DNA of 64,000 nucleotides from Cenococcum geophilum (Eukaryota): NCBI GenBank assembly GCA_050273025.1, contig CP158636.1, positions 9,610,001 to 9,674,000 of the forward strand, read 5' to 3'. Shown piece by piece: positions 1 to 11,058 of this stretch (position 1 is its first letter; each line of letters starts with the position of its first letter). The notes under the pieces were generated by a model. It saw only the letters and a program-made list of their open reading frames with translations, ran no database searches and was not told where the DNA came from. The position numbers and the translations under genes were made by a program.

Positions 1-102
1 TCCTTATCTTATATTTTTATAATCCTACATTTATAAGCCTAGTGCTACCCTATTTTTTCTAACTAAGCCTAAGGGCAGGCTTTCTTTTAAAGAGGGGGGT
101 AA

Positions 103-313
103 TGTAACGGCGCTATCGCACGTTACCTGCCAAATTCTACTATATTCTGCCGACCTGCGATTGGCCCGCCTAAAGCTAGCGCCTTGGCGGCTCACCCTAC
201 ATATTTGTTTACATCGGTCCTGGCGACCCCTTTTCCTTCTCTTTAGCTTAGTATCTTGGTAATACAGCATTTGTTTAAGCTTCGGTTTAGAGGCATTTGT
301 TTAAGCCGTGACA
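103..313 (+). mobile_element. 3' LTR of an LTR retrotransposon whose body lies upstream of the window
   Basis: Purine tract AAAGAGGGGGGT ends just before TGTAACGG (103); the element ends CCGTGACA (313), giving short inverted termini TG...CA. Confidence 0.7.
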
Positions 314-342
314 CACGCGACTACGTGATATACATTCTAACA

Positions 343-1781
343 ATAATAAAGGAGTACAATATTTAGGGAATATAGGAAGGAATAAAGAAGTTTAATAAGG
401 CTAATAACGAGGTCTATATCTCTAGACTTTATAAGGAGTTCTATAGCACTATATTTAACCCTATAAAGATGCAAATTATTAAGTTTATCTATATACTAAA
501 TTAATTTAAGATTAATCTAGCCTCTACACCTTAAGCACTTACTAACGATGATATTAAAGAGCAACTCCTCCTAGCCCTACTAAGCGATGTTATATAGTAG
601 AATGCGAAGACCTAGTGTCTACAAGATAAATAAGACCTTAAGAGTTGCATTACCCTTCTTCAGAAGCAAGAGACTGCTCTCCCTACATAATTACAGACTG
701 CTGCACTTATACACGAGAGGAAAGACAAACCTAGGGGGAGATGGGGAAACTGAGGTCGAATAAGGGGCAGAGGTCGTGCTAGTAGATTTAATTATTCCTT
801 ACGTTATAGCTTATTGTCTTAAGTCAGCAAAGAGCCAAGACGACTAGAAAGAGACGAGTATTAAGTATACTATTAAAAAGGTTATTACCAGAAAGACTGT
901 CCCCTACTTAGACAATTTCAATTTAATAACGCCAGGAAGACAGATTAAGGTACTCCTAAGGTAGAGGAAGTAGGGAATATAGTAATAGCTAAGGAAGAAT
1001 CTAACAGCAATTTAATTTACCTTAACCTTAACCCTAAACGTGCTATACTTATAACAATATTACTAGCTTAGGCTCTCGACTTAGGAGCAACTAAGTACTT
1101 TACTAGTAACTAATCAGACCTAGCATACTTAAAGAGATAGAATATACCTTAATAGGTCCGTACTACGAATAGGATCGTTATCCCTACTATAGGCTATAGC
1201 TAAGTTTAAATCGGTAGCCTAAGGCTAAAAGACGTCTGGCTTATACCTTCATTTAAAATAATTAAGCTTAATAGAAGCAGAGATTATGGCGGCATTAAAA
1301 GGAGCAATGTTAGTAGTATAGCTTAAGAAGCTGACAAGAGATCTGGGAGAGAGAGACAACGACGACCCTTTCATCCCTACGCTCTATTACAACAATAAGA
1401 GCACGGTCAATCTATTGTACGACACGAAGCACCACTAGAAAGCCAAGCATATTAAGACTTAATACCTCTTCGTACGAAATAACATAGTTTAGTAAGGTTA
1501 ACTTAAAGTGGTATATATACTAGGTAAAGATTAACCTAGAGATATGCTTATAAAATAGCTACCAATTAACCAATTTACGAAGCACTGTGTAACGCTAGGA
1601 ATCGGTAACTGACGGAGACGGTAACGGACGGAGACGGAGCAAGTTACGGAGGTTTTTCGCCTACTAGGTTTTCCCCCCGTACGCAGGCCGAATGGCACTT
1701 GCAAGGTATTTGGGAATAGCTTTATAATTGCCTATTTAGGACAGATGAGCAGAGCGTCGTCAGCATGGGGGAGTGTCAGAA
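343..1781 (+). mobile_element. RIP-degraded, internally deleted Ty1/Copia element (gag-protease joined to the RNase H end)
   Basis: De-RIP reading gives protease ALDSGATKHF at ~1075 and Copia RNase H tail HHQKAKHIETQYLFVR at ~1430. PPT GGGGGAG at ~1767 is followed by LTR start TGTCAGAA, which resumes at 4415 after an insertion. Confidence 0.75.
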
Positions 1782-4413
1782 TTACCTCAGCGAGCTCAGA
1801 CGCGATTTTTTAGCTAGCATCGGAATAACCTAAGCCGTCTTCCGAATTGCAAAATCACGTCTGAGTTACCTCAGCAAGCTCAGACCACATATTCGGAATA
1901 ATTTTATATCCGCTCCACGTAAAATCGAAAATGTGGTCTGAGCCACATTTCCAACGTTTCTTAGGCGCTCCGACAATACCCACAACTTTTCCAATACTCT
2001 CGGTCAAATCACTCAACCACAATGACTTAAAATACTACCAAAAGTTCATCAATTAGAGAGACGACCTAATATTTCATAAATATCGGGTCTAAATTAGCCC
2101 ATAACTGCCCAAAGTTGAGATCATTTTCGCCAAAAAAAAAACCCCGTTATTAGGAATCCCGACATTACCTATAATATAGTAATAAGTATATATATTAAAG
2201 CTAAAAATCTATCACTAATAGATCTAGCTCTTGCGATTATTTTAAGCCTATATGCGACCCTAGACCTTACGTAGGTAGCTTTATTAATTTTGTTAAAAAT
2301 TGTATATATCCCTATACAAATGTAAGACTTAATACAAGACTTAACGCAAGCTTAGCTATAACGTTGCAACATGCGCATATATAAGGCTGAAAAGTTCATC
2401 GATTATAGAGCTGCTTCTGCGGATTAATTTAACGGTATTTCTAAAATAATAGCTGTTGTAGGGGTATAGATCAATTTCGTTGAAAAAGGTAACTGCTTTA
2501 CATACAAATAAAGTCGGATCGCTTAATAAAGTCTGGAAAAGTCTCTCAGACCATAGAATCAACTTTTTGACAAAAAAGGTTAGCGATATCCGCTTGCGGA
2601 TATACGTATGTCCGCTAATTGATTCTATGGTCTGGGCTTGCTGAGGTAAACGTCTGAGAGGCTTTAGCGAGTTTTGTTAAAAGCATAAGCACAATCCGCA
2701 AAACGGATATTGCGGATATCTAATTTATTTATTCACATAACGCGTTATTATTACTAAAAGTTAATACAATATTTTTAAGAACTAGGGCTTCTAAATGGTA
2801 TAAATTTTATAATACGGCTATTGCTTAGTCCTAACATTAATTTCGTTAAAGTTAAAAAACGCGTTGTTAAAAGCATAAGCACATATTATATCTTATTAAA
2901 TAGTCTACTAATATAGATAAAACTATACAGATATATAGATATCTACTACTTAAAGCTATTGCAACACTTAGAAGGTGCTATAGTTAGGTCCTTCCTTGAA
3001 AATATCCTCCCTTGGCCCGGAGTGCCTCTGCTACTACTAGGGGGTAAGCTTTGGGCAGAGCCTCGTGCAGAGCTTCGTGCAGAGCCTCAGTAGAGCTTTG
3101 TGCAGAGCTTCGTGTAGAGCCTTAGTAGAGCTTCGTGTAGAGCTTCGCGCAGAGCTTCGTGTAGAGCTTCGCGCAGAGCTCCGTGCAGAGCTTCGTGTAG
3201 AGCTTGGTGTAGGGCTTCGTGCAGAGCTTCGTGCAGAGCTTCGTGCGGGCGTGCAGACGTGTAGATGTGCAGACGGTAGACGTTCGTCGGGCGATCAATT
3301 GCAGAGACGTTTGTAGGGACAATTGTATGGGCAATTAATCAATTGATTGTATGGGCGTTCGTACGGACGTTCGTACGGGCGATTGTAGAACCTTCCTAGT
3401 ATATTAGTGCTGCGTGTTAGTAGAGCTTTAGAGCTCTATATAGGCTTTGAGCAAGGCTTCGAGTAGAGCTTTTACAGAGCTTCGTACGGAGCTTCGAGCA
3501 AAGCTTCGAGCAGAGCTTCGAGCAGAGCTTCGAGCAGAGCTTCGAGCAGAGCTTCGAGCAGAGCTTCGTGCGGAGCTTCGAGCAAAGCTTCGAGCAAAGC
3601 TTCGAGCAAAGCTTCGAGCAGAGCTTCGAGCAGGACTTTGAGCAGAGCTTCGAGCAGGGCTTCGAGCAGAGCTTCGTGCGGAGCCTCGTGCAGAGCTTCG
3701 TGCAGAGCTTCGTGCAGAGCCTCGTGTAGAGCTTCGTGCAGAGCTTCGTGCAGAGCTTCGTGCAGAGCCTCGTGCAGAGCTTCGTGCAGAGCCTCGTGCA
3801 GAGCTTCGTGCAGAGCCTCGTGCAGAGCCTCGTGTAGAGCTTCGTGCAGAGCTTCGTGCAGAGCTTCGTGCAGAGCTTCGTGCAGAGCCTCGTGCAGAGC
3901 TTCGTGCAGAGCCTCGTGCAGAGCTTCGTGCAGAGCTTCGTGCAGAGCTTTTGCAGAGCTTTAGTGGAGCTTCCTGCAGGTCTCCCCCTGAGCTTCGTTC
4001 CGCAGAGCTCTCGCAAAGCTCCACAGCTCTACGCAGAGGGCTGGTGGCGTGGGCGTAAGCGTTCAGCGTTGGTGTTTACTGCGCGGCTCGGCGAGGTAGA
4101 ATTGGGGCCTCTACCGCGTCGAACTCCTCTTAACGTCGCGCGCGTATAAGGAGCTGAAGATCTCATAACTTATAGAGTAGACTTTTCTCTATAATTTAGT
4201 GTAATTTTTATGTTAATAGGTATTGTAGAAGGGTAGATTAATTTCGTTAAAGTTAATAAGGGCTTCTCATATAAACCGTGTTTAGGTTTTCTACAAAGCT
4301 CGCCAAAGTGCCTCAGACCAAGAAAACGATTACCGTCCTAAATCAGCTTAGCGGACGGTGCGGATATTCCTATATCCGCATAATCGATTTCTTGGTCTGA
4401 GCTTCTGAGGTAA
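1782..4413. mobile_element. Non-autonomous TIR DNA element (Mutator/foldback-like) with 9-bp TSD
   Basis: Termini TTACCTCAG (1782) and CTGAGGTAA (4413) are perfect inverted repeats. GTGTCAGAA is duplicated at 1773-1781 and 4414-4422. The CTCAGACC/GGTCTGAG motif recurs subterminally. No transposase ORF seen. Confidence 0.75.
3055..4030. repeat. 12-bp minisatellite array, consensus GCAGAGCTTCGT, in two blocks (~3055-3250 and ~3420-4030)
   Basis: Directly visible tandem copies with variants GCAGAGCCTCGT and GCAGAGCTTCGA. Confidence 0.97.
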
Positions 4414-4414
4414 G

Positions 4415-4532
4415 TGTCAGAATTAAGCGAGAGATGCTGACTAAGCTCTGGACACATTGCAAGGTCGAACTCTGCATGCAATCTAGATAGACATCAACCG
4501 CATCTACTGCACCACGAATCAATCAATATTCA
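4415..4532 (+). mobile_element. Remainder of the Copia 3' LTR split by the 1782-4413 insertion
   Basis: Begins TGTCAGAATT, continuing from the PPT at ~1767; the right end is uncertain. Confidence 0.5.
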
Positions 4533-4936
4533 TCGTCTGCGTCATCTCTATCATCAATTAGACCCTCAAGATAGCTCCGCTGTGACCCCATGACCTTGTA
4601 ATTCCAACAGTGTAAGCTTGCTTGGTGGATCCCGGGGAGTTCAACGCTTGCACCAAAGCCTGCAGACCTGAGCGCGCCTATGACGCTATATCTATCCTCC
4701 AACATTGTACTTTCGGTTCTTATCTGAACCATTTGTCCACCAAGTGTAATGCGGCGGTCGTGCTCGACAGGAGGAACACTATCTACGATATGCACATTAG
4801 TGAGTATTTTGACGAGCAGAATGTTGTCTGGATGAAATATAGCCGGCGTATACATCTGGACCTTTTCTATAACAGAAGCAGGTAAGGGTTGCAAAAGGAA
4901 AGCGACGAGCCCAACGGAGGGAAAGGAAGACTTCAT
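4523..4936 (-). pseudogene. Possible degraded small secreted protein gene
   Basis: Hydrophobic N-terminus MKSSFPSVGLVAFLL and an intron-like GTATAC...ACTAAT...TAG, but the spliced frame (CSSCRARPPHYTWW...) contains TAG stops. The ORF end runs into the LTR. Confidence 0.3.
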
Positions 4937-6037
4937 CTTTGGATAGAGAAGTAGTAACTTAGTGAAGTTGTTTCATGCTCCTTTATCAGATGAACTGCGG
5001 CTCTAGTCTAGTTCGTTATTAGTGATAGCTATGAGAACATTATTATTCGCCAATCGCGCGCTCACTAAGACAATCTCAGTTGCTTTCGTTAAGCTTGACG
5101 GCAATGGTCTAGTGACTTGATTACTGGTGGTAGGTAGAATTTGTCCTTAATTAGAGTTAATGTTAGATTGGCTGGCAGAAGAGGTATTGCTTACGAGATC
5201 TTCTTGACCTAGAGGTGACTACGGCTGGCCTGTCTCATCTACGGATACAAATCCGTTGAATTGACTATTTTAATAGGCTAGGAAGTATGTATGGGTGTTG
5301 TATTCTTGGCATAATTTAGCTGGTGTTCTGGAAAGGGTTTTTAATAGCTTTTAGTAATTGTTGTTTGCAGCTTGCCTTGCTTTAAGTGAGGCCTGTAATG
5401 GCCGCAGAGGCGATATGAATGTAGGCTCAAGGTTAGCATTAGATACTCTGCGACTATATACATAAAGGTCTTGCCCTGAACAGTGTGCAATATCTAGGCC
5501 AGTTCAAGGTGCCTGTTTCCGGTCCCCGGCCTTTGACCCCCCAACCTCACAAGATACATCACAAATCCAACACCGTGCTAAATAAAACCAAGATAAGCCG
5601 AGGCTCGCAAAACGATAACCGGAAGCGACAGTATATTTCCCAGAAATAAGAACGACGAGTACCTGGTCCTCAGGAAGAGGAACGATCGAAGCATGAACGA
5701 ACTCGCAAAAGAGACGGGAAATGCGAAATCGACCTCTTTTCGAGGGCATCCATGGCTAAGGCTAGTTCGTCGTCTTAAAACAGCAATGGAACCTAGCAGA
5801 AGGGATAAAATTATCGTTTGACAGCTTCGAAACCACACCAGTGTTGAACCCGCGCCCCCGCGTTTCACATCGCATCGATCGTACGCGCGTCGCTTGAGGA
5901 GGCTGCGCAAGAGATGGACTTCAGATAAATGATGGGAATTATGTTGGTGCGCATTTGCTTCTCGAATCGCTGCTTTGAATTGCTAGAGAACATGGTGGTT
6001 AAAGAAACCGGAATTGGCAGGATGGCCCAAACCCACC

Positions 6038-6712
6038 CTACTCTTGCCACCAACCCGCCTTCCACTCATCAGAACCCTTATCATGGCACTCGCTGTTATG
6101 GCCACACCAATAATGCACGCCCTTGCCACCCTCGAGCGGGCTCCACATTCTAATATTCGAACTCTCAGACCCCGGACCGCATCGTGGATCTGCAGGCTTC
6201 CACGTATTCTTCGCGCTGTACTCCCAATGATGAGTCCCAACCCAAATACAAACTGTCTCGCCATCCTTGCCATTGCACGAGTACGAATTCCCCGTCGAGG
6301 TCGTTCGCGCCACGCTCAAACTAGCCGAGATCCACTCGTTGATCTTTGCTGTGGCGCCGAATGTGATCGTGAAGGACTCGGACTGCTGGAAGCCAACTGT
6401 GCAGGTTCCTCCTCTGCAATGTAGATTGTACTTTCGATAGTCGTCAGTATGGCTTGTCCCAAAGTAGAGGGGCGGGGTGAAATTCACGCTGATCTGCTTC
6501 CAGTAAGTCCACTTCTTATTGTTGCCATCGTCGACAGACTTGGTTTGCGGTATCGGCGTGCACATCAATGGCTCATCATCGGCTGCACCGAAGAGATTTT
6601 GGTCCCTAGATATTCCGGCCGGCTGTACCTGCAATTCGGAAGCGCCGCCGGTAGGCATCGACAGGACGCAGGGAAGCGCGAATGCCACAAAAAGCGGAGA
6701 GAAAGACCGCAT
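6038..6712 (-). CDS. Small secreted cysteine-rich protein (effector candidate), ~205 aa; exons 6712-6488 and 6430-6038
   Basis: Signal-peptide-like MRSFSPLFVAFALPCVLS. A 57-nt in-frame intron at 6431-6487 has GTGAAT donor, ACTGAC branch point and AAG acceptor. The mature part has 8 Cys. Confidence 0.8.
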   Translation of the reverse strand: MRSFSPLFVAFALPCVLSMPTGGASELQVQPAGISRDQNLFGAADDEPLMCTPIPQTKSVDDGNNKKWTYWKQISVNFTPPLYFGTSHTDDYRKYNLHCRGGTCTVGFQQSESFTITFGATAKINEWISASLSVARTTSTGNSYSCNGKDGETVCIWVGTHHWEYSAKNTWKPADPRCGPGSESSNIRMWSPLEGGKGVHYWCGHNSECHDKGSDEWKAGWWQE

Positions 6713-7284
6713 ACTGGTTCCGCCTCGAAACAAAAAATTGAAGTCGACAGGAGCCAGCGAGGAGGCTGTCTGAGGTATTTATTTAGCCCAACTTCCGCCT
6801 TTTGTGCTTCACAACTTCCCCAAGCGTGGGTTTACTCTTCTTAGCCGGACGCATAAGCGCCATAAGGGATTCCACATCGACCTTACCGCAAGAGTGAAGG
6901 GTACTTGATTGGATGTATAGTTCGGGGTGCACTCGATCAAGGGCAAGCCAAGAAGAAAACTCCCGTAGGGGTATTTACCCGACGCACATATGGGCGCGAC
7001 TAGGCCCTCGTCGAACCCTTGGCGCAGCGTGAAGTACCCGTATTGGCGAAAGACGACGCTTTGCATCGCCCATCTGTCCGCGAGGGCATAGAGGAATGCA
7101 GGCATTGAAGTTTTATCCGGCGTCAAGCTTAAACTTCGGCTCCTAGATTCAGCGTGTTGCGTCAACCATAGGACTGTAAGAGTAGTTAGATATAACCAAA
7201 AGGCGACATACCTCTTCGGATGGCTTCTGAAGGTTGCCTGTGCTACTGGACATGTACCTCAAAGAATCAAGGCCTAGATCTATT

Positions 7285-7485
7285 GACATTGTGCTGGTCA
7301 GGTCTGCATTCCGAGTGAAATGTATTAGCGTCGTCTTTTCTCCTTTAGACGTAGCGCCGCTCCGCTTCTCCCACTTCTCTGCTCTCGAGATGATGGCTTG
7401 AAGATCGCTGTAGTTTGCCCTCGCCGAGGGCCCTACCGTCCATGCGCTAGAGTCATCTACGAATGCCATCGCACCCCCGTCCAGA
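7285..7485 (-). mobile_element. Fragment of a Tad1-like LINE reverse transcriptase
   Basis: GGAMAFVDDSSAW...WEKRSGAT...EKTTLIHFTR; resembles the RT segment of the LINE at ~53450-53625. Confidence 0.85.
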
Positions 7486-8100
7486 AACATATATGTATTA
7501 CAGTGCTCTATGAGATGTGTCTACATAGTAGAGGTGAGGCATAGCCTGCTCATACCAGACTCCTCTACCACAGTTGCCTGTCCATGTCCCTGATTTGCTC
7601 CTTAAGCCTATCTCCTCTGTGCTGTCCCCAGAGCTCTTGATAGACCGACACGCGCATCCGTCCTTTCGGGCCATATAGACAGTGTTGTCGGCGAGGGTTT
7701 GATCCTCCTCCCACTGTAGTCCGTACTGCGCAGGGTCGACTCCGCTCCCCTAACGCGCTATCAGGGTTGCGGTTCTGCGCACCTAGGACTACGGGTCCAC
7801 CAAGGGTCCTCCCTAGGAGGCCTTAATTCGATTCGGTGACGGGCCAATATTAAAGCTCTAGTTTAATTCGATTGATTAATCGATTAAATCGTTTGTGGTG
7901 TTTGCCGGCTGGTCGTTTAAACGGTCGTCGTCTTGTTTTGGTAACGGTCGTCTAGTTCTGGCGACGGTCCTCTACTGGCTGCCGTCCTGGTGCCTCCCTA
8001 GGTAGGGAGGATGTAAGGAAGGAAGGAAGGGTAAAAAATAAGGTGGCTATATAGGGTAGGGGCACGTGTAGAGGCTATTGGGAATATAGCGGGGACCCAA

Positions 8101-8160
8101 TGCAGAGCTTCGTGCAGAGCTTCGTGCAGAGCCTTGTGTAGAGCCTTATGCAAAGCCTCT
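8101..8160. repeat. Short copy of the GCAGAGCTTCGT minisatellite within a probable TE remnant (~7490-8690)
   Basis: About five units of the same 12-mer as at 3055-4030; nearby 20-bp tandem GTGTCAAGTTGGTCAATTAC at ~8374-8430. Confidence 0.8.
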
Positions 8161-8989
8161 AAGTAATAAGACTATATAAGATTGTATAAGATTATATAAG
8201 ATTATATATAGTAGTTAAATATATTATATGCTAGCATACTGCAGGCTAAGAAAATAGTAAAAATTTATTTACGTAATTAGTATATAACTTTACCTTAATT
8301 ACATGTTAAGAAATATACAGTTAGCTTTTAAAGTTGTTAAGTAGGTTAACTGCGTGTTATTTAACTTTTAAATGTGTCAAGTTGGTCAATTACGTGTCAA
8401 GTTGGTCAATTACGTGTCGAGTTAGTCAATTTGTATGTCAATTACGCGAAACGCGCTAAACAAAGTCTGCTTGAATCTCATCCTGCAAATATTTTCCCGA
8501 TGAAGGTTTCCCTATTTCTGGCCAATTACGGCTAGCATCTACAAATAGGTTTTAAACTTTTAGTAATGTTCCTTACCCCGCTTATTACACCTTATAAGTT
8601 ATAGAAGTAAATTAATTTATAGAGAAAATAGATGAACTATAATAGTTCCTTATTAATAAAATAATCTATTCACTCACTTACAGAGATATATTCCAAATAT
8701 GTATTTGTATTGTATTGGGGGTGTAGGCCCGAGGAGAGGGTAATATTGCCTCAGCCTGCTTGCATAGTAGGTTCCCTACTGTCAAGCAGTGGTAGATAAT
8801 TACACACTCATTGCCCCCCTCAGGCCTACCGCAAGCCTAAAAGGCTGCAAAACTATCTATAGGGTGGAGGGTGGGAAAGCGAAAAGCCGAAAGGCTGATT
8901 GTGATAGATATTAATGTTGCTGTTTAGAGGAGGCGTGACTTCGCTTTAAATAGACATTTTTATATAGGCCTAATCTATCTATAAAGCTG

Positions 8990-9875
8990 TTGCGAATAAG
9001 AAACGAACCCTAATACTAGCCTACTAAATTAATAACTTTATCTAGCTAGATATAAGAAGTTTAAACATAAAATAACCTATTAAGAAACTTAATTAAAAGA
9101 ATACTAGCCCTTATAAGGTTAAGAAGGTTATTTCCTCTTACGCTTACTAACTAAACCTCCCTAATACGGTTAAAATCTACCCCGTATTCTATATGTTAGT
9201 CCTCCACCCTACTACCTCTATATTAGATACCCTACCTAAATAGATATAAAACCCTCCCCTACTAGTTAAAGTAGATAGTAAGAATAAGTACTTTATTAAA
9301 AGAATTAATAATATTAAGTATAATAAACGGAAACGCTAATATATATATCTTATAAAATAGAGAGGCTTTACTAAACCCTTATAGGAACCCGTTAACTCTA
9401 TAGGACTTATATAAGCTATAGAAGACTTTTATAAACTTTACCTAAAACTACTATAGCCCTACCTTATAGAAGCTTAAGTTTAAAAGGGGGGGTACTATTA
9501 TAGGATACCCCTATAATACCTTATATATATCTACCTATTTCCACCAACTTAATAACTAGAGACTAACTATAAGATAGTAATTTAATAGCAATCTATGGCA
9601 ATCTAATGGCAATCTACTATACTCTACTATATTCTACTAAGTTCCACTAAGTTCTACTAAATCCTACTAAGTTCTGCTAGGACTACTACCTAAATCCTAT
9701 TCTACTCCGTATATATATTAACTAAGCAACTAAGTCCACAATATATACTCTTTCTTCCCATTTTTCTACCTTCTTTCCTTACGCAACGTCTTAACTTCTT
9801 TACATAGTTTATGTATATAGCTTAATAATATCTACCTTACTATATATTATTGTCGCTTATACTTACTCCGTGACA
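8990..9875 (+). mobile_element. 3' end of a RIP-degraded chromodomain Ty3/Gypsy element with its LTR (9496-9875)
   Basis: De-RIP gives integrase tail IHPVFHVSLL and chromodomain EYFVERI...YLVKWRGF..PSWEP. PPT AAAAGGGGGGG at 9482-9492; LTR ends CCGTGACA. Confidence 0.85.
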
Positions 9876-11058
9876 ATACGTTTAGAATTATTATAAGTAA
9901 CTTACCTATTTCTTATCTTATATTTTTAATAAGAAGTTAATAGGAAAAAAACGGGTAGGTAAGCTAACCTTGAAAATATAAATGTTACGGTCAACCGACC
10001 ACGTAATGGGTGACTACCCATTTTCGGCTAGGTCAGCCGAACTTTCAGTATAGTCAGGCGACCTGCATCCTCCACTTTAGGTTTGTTTAGCTTAGTCGAG
10101 CTGCGTCTCCCTGCATGAGTTTTGTCCCGGTTCCTAGAGCCACATGACCGATTTTCATCGTGGCTTGTTATGTGAGTATTTTACATGGAGAACGAGTCCA
10201 AGAGAAAATTGAATCTCAGAGACCCACTTTTTGGCTCTTGCACTCAAGTTAAATCTTCGGATTTTTCTGCCCAAGTGGTGCGGACCTGTTCCCTGTGTTC
10301 AGGGCATTTGAGCATTGATTCAAAGCTATCTTCACCGCCGGTTTAGAGTGACGCTTGTCGCATTTGTGGCACAGGCCTAGTTCAACACGTGGAGTGCTTG
10401 TGAGCTTGGGACGAGATTCAATCATCGGCAAGGCCTACGTGGACTGGATCTTATGTTTGCCACTCGTGCAACTGTTCTAAGACTGTGCTGTTCATACCAC
10501 ACGTTAAATTACCTCAAATCAACGTTAAGGTGGGTGAGGTGTCGCAGTTGTGATCTTTCAAGCCATCCAAGGCATCGTTGCCCCACCAATCTCGCTAAAC
10601 CTAAAAGAGCTGTCACCACCACGACCATCCCAGCATCCCGCCTGCATTCAAGCTTTCACTTCGCCGTCGTCGCACACCCCTACACCTGAAATTCATACGT
10701 CGAACTCGCTGCATCAACTCCGAGTTGTCTTCCTGCTTTCCTGCCTGAATACTGAAGGACTGCGCCCAACACTACGAGCTTGTCCGCCTCGCCGGACATG
10801 CTCTGCACGAGCTGCTGACAATCTTTTTGTTGACCTCCAAACATTGCCAGCACACCAACAGGGCAATCACCAAGTCATTCAAACTATTGCGACGACGTTA
10901 CGATCAATCTTTTCTTCTTCTTGTGTCTTGGAGCGACATAGAATCATTTACGTTCTCCCCTCGGCACTGCGGTGTGGGAGTTGTAATACTACTGGATACA
11001 GCTTCTTTTACGCATTCTTTTCAAGCCGAACGATAGCCTGTAAGGCAGCCTCAAAATC

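Noticed and set aside
3055..4149. Long ORFs on both strands (LCTK, SSAR, RASC, ELRA repeats) and a CRISPR-like look
   Set aside because: These are translations of a stop-free 12-bp minisatellite with no unique spacers; the context is eukaryotic.
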